Of a stretch of DNA of 64,000 nucleotides, positions 20,578 through 28,965 are shown piece by piece. Each line of letters starts with the position of its first letter. Position 1 is the first letter of the stretch. A model generated the notes under the pieces. The model had not been told where the DNA came from. It searched no databases and was given only the letters and a program-made list of their open reading frames with translations. The position numbers were made by a program, and so were the translations under genes. Source of the stretch: Thermodesulfobacteriota bacterium (GTDB lineage Bacteria; Desulfobacterota_D; UBA1144; Nemesobacterales; JAJCZQ01); the NCBI GenBank assembly GCA_965215275.1, contig OZ244044.1, positions 1,376,001 through 1,440,000 of the forward strand, given 5' to 3'.

Positions 20578-21078
20578 TTGGCTATGAAAGAGTACGTCCT
20601 TTTATCCGAAAACCCCGACAGGACCTTTGAGATAGGCAGGATTATAGGTGAAACCGCTCAGAGCGGTGACGTGTTTGCCCTGACGGGTGAACTGGGAACT
20701 GGAAAGACCGTACTGGTCAAGGGAATTGCAAAAGGACTGCAGATAGAGGAAGAACCCAACAGTCCGACGTTTGTTTTTATGAACGCCTATGAGGGTGGGA
20801 AAGCCACCCTGTATCACTTTGATCTGTACAGAATATCGGGCGTTGATGACCTGGATTCCATAGCGTATAAAGACTATGTGTTCTCCGATGGGGTCTGTGC
20901 AATCGAGTGGGCGGATAAAATCCCTGATGAATTACCTGATAATGCAGTTATAATAGAACTCTCAAATCACGGGTGTATGGAAAAAGACGGCTTAAACAAG
21001 CGAATACTGAAGTTTACAGGTAGTGAAAAATGGGTCTCGTTATTCAAAAGTACGGTGGAACCAGTGTTGCGAACTTAG
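20578..21078 (+). CDS. tsaE: tRNA threonylcarbamoyladenosine biosynthesis ATPase
   Basis: GELGTGKT, SPTF, HFDLYR, IEWA. Confidence 0.94.
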   Translation: MAMKEYVLLSENPDRTFEIGRIIGETAQSGDVFALTGELGTGKTVLVKGIAKGLQIEEEPNSPTFVFMNAYEGGKATLYHFDLYRISGVDDLDSIAYKDYVFSDGVCAIEWADKIPDELPDNAVIIELSNHGCMEKDGLNKRILKFTGSEKWVSLFKSTVEPVLRT

Positions 21079-22256
21079 ATAAGATACAGCGGGTTGCAGA
21101 TATAATAATCAGTACTAAAAAGAAGGATAATAACGTTGTTGCAGTGGTTTCCGCCATGTCCGGAGAAACTGACCGTCTGGTTAAGCTCGCTTCGTCCGTA
21201 ATGGACCCGCCCGATGAAAGGGAACTTGACGTAATAGCTTCAAGTGGCGAGCAGGTAACTTCGGGACTTCTCGCGATGGCACTGAAGTCCAGGGGTTATG
21301 AAGCGATCTCCTATCAGGGACATCAGGTGAAGATCCTTACCGATAACGCCTATTCCAGGGCAAAGATCAGGAATATAGACGCCGCGAACGTTAAAAAAGC
21401 CTTATCAGATGGTAAGGTGGTCGTGGTTTCGGGTTTTCAGGGGGTTGATGATGAAGGTAACGTTACAACGCTTGGAAGGGGTGGTTCGGACCTGACCGCG
21501 GTCGCGCTTTCTTCAATTCTTGACGCGGACTCCTGCGAACTTTACAAAGATGACGTAGAAGGGGTATTTACTGCCGATCCTTCAGTTTGTAAAAGCTCCA
21601 GAAAGATAAACAGGATCTCTTATGAAGAGATGCTTGAAATGGCAAGTCTGGGGTCAAAGGTGCTTCAGGCACGTGCCGTGGAGTTTGCAAAGAAATACGC
21701 AGTTAAACTGCACGTAAGACCGACCACGGATCCCGGCAGAGAGGGCACCTGGGTGGTTAAGGAGGAAGAAGCAATGGATTCAATGGAAAATATAGTCGTA
21801 TCGGGAGTAACCTACGATAAAAACCAGGCGAAAATAACCGTCGTTCAGGTGCCTGACCAGCCTGGGATCGCCTCACGGCTTTTTTCGCCGTTAGCGGAGA
21901 AGGGGATCAGCGTTGATATGATCGTTCAGAATATAAGCAGCAATAATCTTACGGATATGACGTTTACCGTCCCGACCACTGATTTTAAAAGATCGATAAA
22001 GGTTACAAAGGAGACTGCAAAAGAACTTAAAGCCAAGGACGTTACTTATGAGGATAAAATATCCAAGGTCTCGATAGTTGGCGTCGGTATGAAAACTCAC
22101 TCGGGCATAGCTCAGCAGATGTTCAATACTTTTGCCAAAGAAGGTATTAATATAATGATGATAAGCACTTCCGAGATCAAAATATCATGTGTGATAGAAG
22201 AAAAATACACTGAACTGGCGGTAAGGGCCCTTCATGAATCTTTTAAACTTGGATGA
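21030..22256 (+). CDS. lysC: Aspartate kinase
   Basis: QKYGGTSV, TTLGRGGSD, two ACT domains, ISTSEIKIS. Confidence 0.96.
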   Translation: MGLVIQKYGGTSVANLDKIQRVADIIISTKKKDNNVVAVVSAMSGETDRLVKLASSVMDPPDERELDVIASSGEQVTSGLLAMALKSRGYEAISYQGHQVKILTDNAYSRAKIRNIDAANVKKALSDGKVVVVSGFQGVDDEGNVTTLGRGGSDLTAVALSSILDADSCELYKDDVEGVFTADPSVCKSSRKINRISYEEMLEMASLGSKVLQARAVEFAKKYAVKLHVRPTTDPGREGTWVVKEEEAMDSMENIVVSGVTYDKNQAKITVVQVPDQPGIASRLFSPLAEKGISVDMIVQNISSNNLTDMTFTVPTTDFKRSIKVTKETAKELKAKDVTYEDKISKVSIVGVGMKTHSGIAQQMFNTFAKEGINIMMISTSEIKISCVIEEKYTELAVRALHESFKLG

Positions 22257-22260
22257 TAAT

Positions 22261-23844
22261 ATGAGTAGCAGGACCGTAGAGATATACGACGTTACCTTAC
22301 GTGATGGAACCCAGGGCGAGGACATATCCTTCTCAATTCATGACAAGCTCCGCATCTCGGAAAAGCTGGACGATATGGGGGTTCACTATATCGAGGGTGG
22401 CTGGCCAGGATCGAACGAAAGGGACGAGGGGTATTTTAAAAGAGCAAAGAAGCTCAGGTTGAAAAATTCAAAGATAGCGGCATTTGGAAGCACGAGAAGA
22501 GCGAAGAGGTCTTGTGAAGATGATGAAAATATAAACGCGCTCCTGCAGTCTGAAACACCCGTTGTGACTATCGTCGGCAAGAGCTGGGATTTTCAGGTTA
22601 CCGAGGCACTGAAGATCAGCCTGGAAAAAAATCTGGAACTGGTTTACGACTCCATTGAATACCTGAAGCAAAGAGTTGATAAAGTTTTCTTTGACGCGGA
22701 GCATTTCTTTGACGGTTACAAAACGAACAGAGAATATTCCCTCTCGGTCTTGAAAACTGCATGTGATGCGGGGGTGGATACTTTAGTTCTGTGTGATACG
22801 AACGGGGGCTGTTTGCCGTGGGAGATAGAAGAAACTATCAGAGATATAAATAAAAAACTTGATAACCCCGTTATTGGGATACATACGCACAACGACAGCG
22901 AGGTGGGAGTTGCCAATTCCCTGTATGCCGTGCGGGAAGGTGCTTCACAGGTCCAGGGTACCATGAACGGTTATGGAGAAAGGTGCGGTAATGCCAATCT
23001 TTGTTCAATTATTCCCGACCTGCAGATAAAGATGGGATTTAGATGCTTATCCGACGACAATTTAAAAAAACTTTATGATGTTTCTCATTTTATCCATGAG
23101 TTAACCAATCTCACTCCACTTAAAAAGCTTGCATTTGTCGGGGCGAGTGCATTTGCTCATAAGGGAGGTATTCATGTAAGTGCGATCATGAAAAACTCTG
23201 AAACTTACGAACACGTAAGTCCTGGGTCCGTTGGAAACCACAGGCGGGTGCTGGTCTCTGATCTGTCGGGAAGAAGCAATATAATCTACAAGGCAAAAGA
23301 ACTTGGAATTGACCTTGATCCCAAAGATGAGAAGATCAACATAATACTGCAGGAACTTAAAAAGCTGGAAAATACCGGCTACGAGTTTGAGGGAGCAGAT
23401 GCCTCATTTGAACTTTTAGTCAGAAAATCCCTTGGCCTCTATAAAAAGCAGTTCTATGTCAAAGGTGCCAGAACGATCGTTGAGAAAAGAAAAGAAGATG
23501 AGGATCCTATATCAGAGGCGACCGTACAGGTGCAAGTGGACGGTGTTAATGAGCTGACCGCTGCCACTGGGAACGGTCCCGTAAACGCTCTTGATGGGGC
23601 ACTGCGAAAAGCTCTTGAGAAGTTCTTTCCGTCTCTCAAGGACATCAAGTTGCTTGACTACAGGGTCAGGGTTGTCTCAAATGAGAAAGGTACGGACTCC
23701 GTTGTTAGGGTCCTTGTGGAATCCACTGATGGGAAAGACAGTTGGAGTACGGTAGGACTGTCCGAAAACATAGTTGAAGCAAGCTGGAAGGCGTTGGTGG
23801 ATAGTATTGATTATAAGTTGCTGAAAGATGGTAGTAAGGTTTAA
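22261..23844 (+). CDS. cimA: Citramalate synthase
   Basis: DVTLRDGTQ, IEGGWPGSN, FDAEHFFDG, HTHND, AFAHKGG; ATG 22261 preferred as start. Confidence 0.92.
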   Translation: MSSRTVEIYDVTLRDGTQGEDISFSIHDKLRISEKLDDMGVHYIEGGWPGSNERDEGYFKRAKKLRLKNSKIAAFGSTRRAKRSCEDDENINALLQSETPVVTIVGKSWDFQVTEALKISLEKNLELVYDSIEYLKQRVDKVFFDAEHFFDGYKTNREYSLSVLKTACDAGVDTLVLCDTNGGCLPWEIEETIRDINKKLDNPVIGIHTHNDSEVGVANSLYAVREGASQVQGTMNGYGERCGNANLCSIIPDLQIKMGFRCLSDDNLKKLYDVSHFIHELTNLTPLKKLAFVGASAFAHKGGIHVSAIMKNSETYEHVSPGSVGNHRRVLVSDLSGRSNIIYKAKELGIDLDPKDEKINIILQELKKLENTGYEFEGADASFELLVRKSLGLYKKQFYVKGARTIVEKRKEDEDPISEATVQVQVDGVNELTAATGNGPVNALDGALRKALEKFFPSLKDIKLLDYRVRVVSNEKGTDSVVRVLVESTDGKDSWSTVGLSENIVEASWKALVDSIDYKLLKDGSKV

Positions 23845-23896
23845 TAGATAACTATGTAAGATTGTACATACTACACATAGTAATCTCTAACTATAA

Positions 23897-24003
23897 ATTA
23901 CACGCAACTGAGTGTAAATCTTCGGCTGGTCAAAGACCTTGATTGTTTTTAAACATGTCTGGAAATAAAATCCAAAATTGATACAAGCTGATAATATTTG
24001 AAC
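23897..24003 (+). pseudogene. Decayed remnant of an Nmad3 3' end
   Basis: caactgagtgtaaatcttcggctg...aaaatccaaaattgatacaagctgataat aligns by eye with caacggagtgcaaatcctccgctg...aaaatccaaaattgatacaaactaataat at 27171-27269 and 28233-28331. Confidence 0.75.
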
Positions 24004-24034
24004 TAACGATTAAAAACAAGGAGGTTAAATTTCA

Positions 24035-24499
24035 ATGGAATATGAAGGAGGTAAATTTTCAAGTATAGCAGAAAGTCTATCCAAACGTTTACATGGGAGA
24101 ACTAAAGAAGGTTTAGGTATCACCGTAGGAGATATTCTTGAAGTCTGCGTAGACGCTGAAGTTTTAGGAAGCAGAGGTATAAATATGGTTAATTGTTACC
24201 CTGGGGATTTTCGTACAAACATATGTTGTCCTGTTGCTTTTTTTATTTCTATAAATGGAGTTGCGGCACAAGGACAGGGACACTTTAGTTTTAGTAAAAT
24301 AATGGAAAAGTTTCATAGACACATGTATACCCAATGCTTTATGAGGACCCGTGAGGCGGCGATTATTAGCAATGACTGGGTGACAAAAGAATATGAAAAA
24401 TATGAGGATTATATTAGACGGCTTAGAGGAGCAGGTGTTAGGATTGAGGCTTACTTTATTGGCGGTCGGATGGAAAATTCATTATTAGTAGATATTTAA
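24035..24499 (+). CDS. Hypothetical Cys-rich protein, paralog A
   Basis: GGAGG RBS; shares NCY, CCPVAFFISINGVAAQG.GH, FHRHMY..CFM.TR, IISNDWVTKEYEKY, EAYF with 28364..28798. Confidence 0.85.
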   Translation: MEYEGGKFSSIAESLSKRLHGRTKEGLGITVGDILEVCVDAEVLGSRGINMVNCYPGDFRTNICCPVAFFISINGVAAQGQGHFSFSKIMEKFHRHMYTQCFMRTREAAIISNDWVTKEYEKYEDYIRRLRGAGVRIEAYFIGGRMENSLLVDI

Positions 24500-24524
24500 C
24501 GAGTTATTCTATTAGCTATGGTAA

Positions 24525-24700
24525 AGAGTTTAAATGAACTTCCAATAAGACAGAAAATAGCTACATTGATGAGCAGTGGTGTGTTATCTCAAGAGAATAA
24601 TTCCATTGCAATTTCGTGTAAGGTGGTTTCTTAACGCTCTCGACAATAATGGATAACAAACTAAAGATGTTTGTGCTTCCAATTTAATTTTCAAATTAGG
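24525..24700 (+). pseudogene. Decayed internal fragment of the UDG-like gene
   Basis: ccaataagacagaaaatagctacattgatga ... gacaataatggat ... aaagatgtttgtgcttccaatttaattttc matches 29181-29360, with indels. Confidence 0.8.
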
Positions 24701-24743
24701 AACCCAAAACAACTAGTTTTACTGTTTTACGATCAGGTCTCTT

Positions 24744-25238
24744 CTATACCCAAAATCTTGATGGGTCCGTTTCAAATAAATCTTTTATAAAATCATCTCT
24801 AACTTCTTTTTTTATTTCACAAACCTGTAAATATATCTTAATTGATAACTCCGTATCATAATTGTTACGATGCACTTTCTTTAAGTTAAAATAGAAATAT
24901 ATCAAATACACAAGACCCGACAAACATCCTTTCTTCTCAAATGATTTATATATAGCTGGAAAATTTTTTATATATTTTAAGAAGTCATTTTTACTATGCC
25001 TATCAGAATCATAATATTCATCAAAAAAACGTGCAGTTTGTATATTTATATTATGATTCTTAAAATAATTTTCTAAAGAATAATGTTCTAACTTTCTGTT
25101 CCATCCTATATCAACAGACTTATGTCTTGTTCTTGCTACAAACCCTACATATTTGTTATATTTTGGGATTGACATACAAACATAAAGAAGGGATTTTAAA
25201 ATATCATCATATTCAGAATTAGGATAACCTTTTCTCAT
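24744..25238 (-). CDS. Hypothetical protein (very AT-rich ORFan)
   Basis: Over 160 open codons in very AT-rich DNA; ATG 25238 (or TTG 25256); no motif recognised. Confidence 0.6.
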   Translation of the reverse strand: MRKGYPNSEYDDILKSLLYVCMSIPKYNKYVGFVARTRHKSVDIGWNRKLEHYSLENYFKNHNINIQTARFFDEYYDSDRHSKNDFLKYIKNFPAIYKSFEKKGCLSGLVYLIYFYFNLKKVHRNNYDTELSIKIYLQVCEIKKEVRDDFIKDLFETDPSRFWV

Positions 25239-25381
25239 ATTCACACACAAAACCAAAAAACATTAAAAAACTTTTTAGAATTGCCACTTCAGAATATTTG
25301 TAATGCAGTTGTATAGCAATTTTACTCTTGACAACATTTATATGATAACCATTTAAACATATGTTTATACTAATAAACTAT

Positions 25382-25570
25382 CTACTTGCTTGTTTTAGGC
25401 AACATTGTATATAATCCCCAAACTTTAAGCAGTAATAAAATAAGTTCCACACCGCGTTTTGAATATTCATCTATAAGTGTAAACTGCATTAAACTCCGTT
25501 TAGTCAGATATTTGCTGCTACATTCAATAATGCCTTTATCTTCTGGTTTCTTGCCAATTAAAAGAGGCAT
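25382..25570 (-). pseudogene. Decayed copy of the 3' end of the GNAT-aminotransferase gene
   Basis: GKKPEDKGI...KYLTKRSLMQFTLIDEYSKRGVE vs GKKLENQGI...RYLTERNLMQFALMGEYSKHGVE in 29739..31319. Confidence 0.8.
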
Positions 25571-25648
25571 ACTCTCTGTTTAAAACTAACAACCCTGTAT
25601 GATAATTTAGGAAATTACATATATAAATTGACATAAAGAAAATTATTA

Positions 25649-25677
25649 TTGACACTTAGTTGGGATAAAGATAGTAT
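25649..25677 (+). promoter_or_regulatory. Putative sigma70 promoter of the Nmad operon
   Basis: TTGACA (25649-54), 17 bp spacer, TAGTAT (25672-77); a second TTGACA at 25628. Confidence 0.6.
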
Positions 25678-25686
25678 ATTATAATA

Positions 25687-25953
25687 ATGCGAATCCCCCC
25701 CCCCCCCCCCCCCCCCCCCCATCTACCCCATAACAACACGGATACTACTGGCTGGGATAATTTAGAGTCTTCACGAGCAATAAATAGTTTAATAGCAGTA
25801 TACCCACCGTTTAATAACACCAAGGGTTTTATTCTACTCCGAGCAGCACAGCGTATTGTCGAGCATTGCTCTATCGACTGGTATAGGTGTGTTTTTATAT
25901 ACTTGAATGTAACTCATAGAATCAAATTAATATATGGGAGGTATATTGTATGA
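25687..25953 (+). CDS. Possible poly-Pro leader ORF spanning the C26 tract
   Basis: MRI-P8-H...; its TGA overlaps the Nmad2 ATG (ATGA, 25950-53); coding status uncertain. Confidence 0.35.
   Translation: MRIPPPPPPPPHLPHNNTDTTGWDNLESSRAINSLIAVYPPFNNTKGFILLRAAQRIVEHCSIDWYRCVFIYLNVTHRIKLIYGRYIV
25695..25720 (+). repeat. C26 homopolymer
   Basis: gcgaat-C26-atctac. Confidence 0.9.
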
Positions 25954-27269
25954 AATTATGTGCATATATTGTCACGTATGATGGAGGAAGTGCTCCAAAT
26001 CCCTTCTGGAGGTACTGCACCTTAGCATTTTGTACTCCTCATCGTAAGAGGGCAAAATTAGAAGTAGGTGATTGGATAGTAGGTCTTTTAGATAAAAGCA
26101 GAGGTAATAAACTGCTATACGCAATGGAAATTTCTGAAGTATTGGATTTTGATGAGTACTTTAACGATAAACGTTTTGCGAAAAAAAAGTTCAAAGTAAA
26201 GGGTAATTGGCAAGAAGAATGTGGAGATAATATATATAGAAGAAATAGTGAAGGTGAATTAGAACCATACCCGCATAGTTATAACCATCCTCGTAACAAA
26301 AATCAACAAGATCTAGATATGAAATATCCTAATGTGTTTATTTCAGAGAAGGATAATTTTTATTACTTTGGAAGAAACGCAAAAGATATACCCTCAAAAT
26401 ACAATATTTTTGCCGGATACAATATTACACAAAATATTAAATACTTTGATCCGCCTATTATAAATGATTTTATACTTTGGTTAAAAAACAATCATAAACC
26501 CGGAATACATGGAGATCCAAATAATAAGAGGAAAGCTATATTAGTCCGAGTAGGTATTGATGGAACTAAGGATTCGGGTCGTTGGAACGCTCCCTGTAAT
26601 CCGGACACAAAAAATTTTGTATATGTGCCGATACAACAAACTGAAAAATCCAATGCTCCTGGCATGGAAAGATACTATTCCAAACTTATAGTTCCGGCAT
26701 TGGATAGTTTTTCAAAATGTAATAACCGCAGCATTTCATTGCCCAAACATTTAATGGAAAAGCGTATGCACTTGGACCCAGACTTTGAAAACCTTACATA
26801 TGGCGATACCAGTTCTCGAGGTAAGAAGCTGCTGGATTTTAAAGAAGATGATCTGGTTGTATTCTATGCCAGTTTGAAACCTATAAAAAAGACAAAAGAC
26901 AATTTTGTTTATGCACTTATAGGTATGTTAGTAGTGAAAGAGATTTTGAGGGTAAAAGATGTAGACCCTAAACGGTTTGATGAAAATGCCCATACTCGTA
27001 ATGCTGAATGTGACCCGACGGACATAGTGGTTATAGGCAAAGAGGGTGTATCCGGTCGATTTGAGAAATGTATTCCAATCGGCGAGCGGCGAAATAATGC
27101 CTACCGTGTGGAAGAACGCATACTAGGTGAGTGGGGAGAGAAAGGATTGGAAGTCAAAGATGGATACATACAACGGAGTGCAAATCCTCCGCTGTTTGAA
27201 AAACCTGAGCGTTTTTATGAATGGCTTAAAAAGAAAAATCCAAAATTGATACAAACTAATAATCCTTAA
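25950..27269 (+). CDS. Nmad2-Nmad3 fusion (nucleotide-modification-associated domains)
   Basis: N-half AYIVTYDGGSAPNPFWRYCTLAFC...GDWIVG...GDNIY (Nmad2 pattern); C-half ILVRVGID...FVYVPI...MHLDPDF..LTYGD...FYASL (Nmad3 pattern); assigned by motif recall. Confidence 0.75.
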   Translation: MKLCAYIVTYDGGSAPNPFWRYCTLAFCTPHRKRAKLEVGDWIVGLLDKSRGNKLLYAMEISEVLDFDEYFNDKRFAKKKFKVKGNWQEECGDNIYRRNSEGELEPYPHSYNHPRNKNQQDLDMKYPNVFISEKDNFYYFGRNAKDIPSKYNIFAGYNITQNIKYFDPPIINDFILWLKNNHKPGIHGDPNNKRKAILVRVGIDGTKDSGRWNAPCNPDTKNFVYVPIQQTEKSNAPGMERYYSKLIVPALDSFSKCNNRSISLPKHLMEKRMHLDPDFENLTYGDTSSRGKKLLDFKEDDLVVFYASLKPIKKTKDNFVYALIGMLVVKEILRVKDVDPKRFDENAHTRNAECDPTDIVVIGKEGVSGRFEKCIPIGERRNNAYRVEERILGEWGEKGLEVKDGYIQRSANPPLFEKPERFYEWLKKKNPKLIQTNNP

Positions 27270-27331
27270 GCCAACTCAAGAGTTCTAATTGCTAATAAAA
27301 ACTAAATCAATTAAATAAGGAGGATAATTAT

Positions 27332-27988
27332 ATGACACAATCTAATTCACAACCTGATATTTTCATTTATAAGATGACAGCGGATACTGGTGGAGCACCA
27401 TGCATTCATGATGGGCTTATCTCACTGTGTATCTGTAAACCAGATATAAGAACTAGCCCATCCGCGAATAAAGGAGATTGGATTATTGGTATGGGTGGTA
27501 AAAGAGTTCCTGAATTAAAAGATAGATTAATTTATATAATGCAGGTGAAAGAGTGTATTAAAGGCAGTGTATACTACGCACCGGAAAGTAAATATGCGGA
27601 CCGTCCAGACTGTATTTATGAGTGGGATGGGAACGATTATATCTGGAAATCAGGAGCAAAGTATCATCTAGATGGGACAGGGTTAACAACAGATTTAGGT
27701 GAAGCACCAGAATACGACAAAGCAATTTGTCTTGTAGGAGATAAATTTGCATATTTTGGAGATGGCAAAAAAACAGATCCGAGTATTGCAGAAATTAAGA
27801 CTATTTATGAAGCACTGCCTAGGAATTATAAAAAAAATCATCCCACTGCAGACTATAAGCAGTTGATTGACTACATTAATCAGATCATAACAAAATATGA
27901 AGGAATGAATAGTACACCAACTCATTCAGATAAGAGCAAAAAGAGTAATGAAGTGGAAGATGATATGTATAAAGTTACTTGTGGGTAA
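27332..27988 (+). CDS. Second Nmad2-family protein
   Basis: IYKMTADTGGAPC...SLCICKPDIR...GDWIIG...RLIYIMQV...RPDCIY...FAYFG; GGAGG RBS. Confidence 0.75.
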   Translation: MTQSNSQPDIFIYKMTADTGGAPCIHDGLISLCICKPDIRTSPSANKGDWIIGMGGKRVPELKDRLIYIMQVKECIKGSVYYAPESKYADRPDCIYEWDGNDYIWKSGAKYHLDGTGLTTDLGEAPEYDKAICLVGDKFAYFGDGKKTDPSIAEIKTIYEALPRNYKKNHPTADYKQLIDYINQIITKYEGMNSTPTHSDKSKKSNEVEDDMYKVTCG

Positions 27989-28012
27989 TTTAAGATATAA
28001 ATAAATACTCAA

Positions 28013-28331
28013 AACTATACTGGTTCGAGTAGGTATTGACGGAACTGATGTTTCAGGACATTGGAACGCTCTCTGGAATCTGGACTCCGAACGGTTTGAT
28101 GAAAATGCCCATACTCGTAATGCTGAATAGGACCTGACGGATATGGTAGTCAGAGGCAAAAAGGGTGTATCCGGGCGGTTTGAGATCGGTGAGTGGGGAG
28201 GGGAAGGGTTGAAAGTCAAAGATGGCTACATACAACGGAGTGCAAATCCTCCGCTGTTTGAAAAACCTGAGTGTTTTTACGCATGGCTTAAAAAGAAAAA
28301 TCCAAAATTGATACAAACTAATAATCCTTAA
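28013..28331 (+). pseudogene. Internally deleted Nmad3 pseudogene
   Basis: Matches three separated blocks of the intact Nmad3 (~26532-26605, ~26971-27065, ~27126-27269); TAG where the intact gene has TGT. Confidence 0.85.
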
Positions 28332-28363
28332 GCCGATACGCAAAAATAAGGAACTAAATTCTG

Positions 28364-28798
28364 ATGAGAGATAGAAGAGGTGAATTTTCACATATAGCAG
28401 AGCGTATATCTGGACTTTTAAATGAAAGGTCGCAAGAAAATTCAGGTATCTCCATAGAAGATATTCATATACTAAGTGGAAAAGCAGGTATGATTAATTG
28501 CTACCTTGGATTTCCTACGAACGAGTGTTGTCCTGTTGCTTTTTTTATTTCTATAAATGGAGTTGCTGCACAAGGACGAGGACACCTTAATTTTAAAAAA
28601 ATGATGGTAGAGTTTCATAGACACATGTATATGCGATGCTTTATGAAGACCCGACATGCAGTAATTATTAGCAATGACTGGGTGACGAAAGAGTATGAAA
28701 AATATCACGAAGATATTGAACACCTTAGAAGGAGGGGTAAGACGGTTGAGGCTTACTTTGTCAGCCGGGGTGGTAGTCTGGTATTAATAGATATTTAA
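28364..28798 (+). CDS. Hypothetical Cys-rich protein, paralog B
   Basis: Clear paralog of 24035..24499 (shared CCPVAFFISINGVAAQG and IISNDWVTKEYEKY). Confidence 0.85.
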   Translation: MRDRRGEFSHIAERISGLLNERSQENSGISIEDIHILSGKAGMINCYLGFPTNECCPVAFFISINGVAAQGRGHLNFKKMMVEFHRHMYMRCFMKTRHAVIISNDWVTKEYEKYHEDIEHLRRRGKTVEAYFVSRGGSLVLIDI

Positions 28799-28902
28799 TA
28801 AGTTGTTGCTGTATTCAATGTTGAAAGAACACATGCTCGTTGAGAGATCTCCGTGAATATAAACCCCGATAGGAAAATGAACGGAATGTCTGAAGATTCC
28901 TT

Positions 28903-28931
28903 TTGATATTGGGCAAAAGTTCGTATATAAT
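28903..28931 (+). promoter_or_regulatory. Near-consensus sigma70 promoter of the UDG-like gene
   Basis: TTGATA (28903-08), 17 bp spacer, TATAAT (28926-31); AGGAGG RBS at 28954-59. Confidence 0.7.
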
Positions 28932-28965
28932 GTGCATGAGTTAAAAAATAATTAGGAGGCTATTT

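Noticed and set aside
23897..28331. Three copies of the aaaatccaaaattgataca-containing segment as a CRISPR array or att sites
   Set aside because: They are 3' ends of Nmad3 copies, irregularly spaced, with no spacers, cas genes or integrase
28013..28331. Nmad3 copy as a DGR template repeat
   Set aside because: No reverse transcriptase in the window, differences are not confined to adenines, and large deletions point to pseudogene decay
28143..28331. 62-aa ORF as a real gene
   Set aside because: It is the residual frame of the deleted Nmad3 pseudogene
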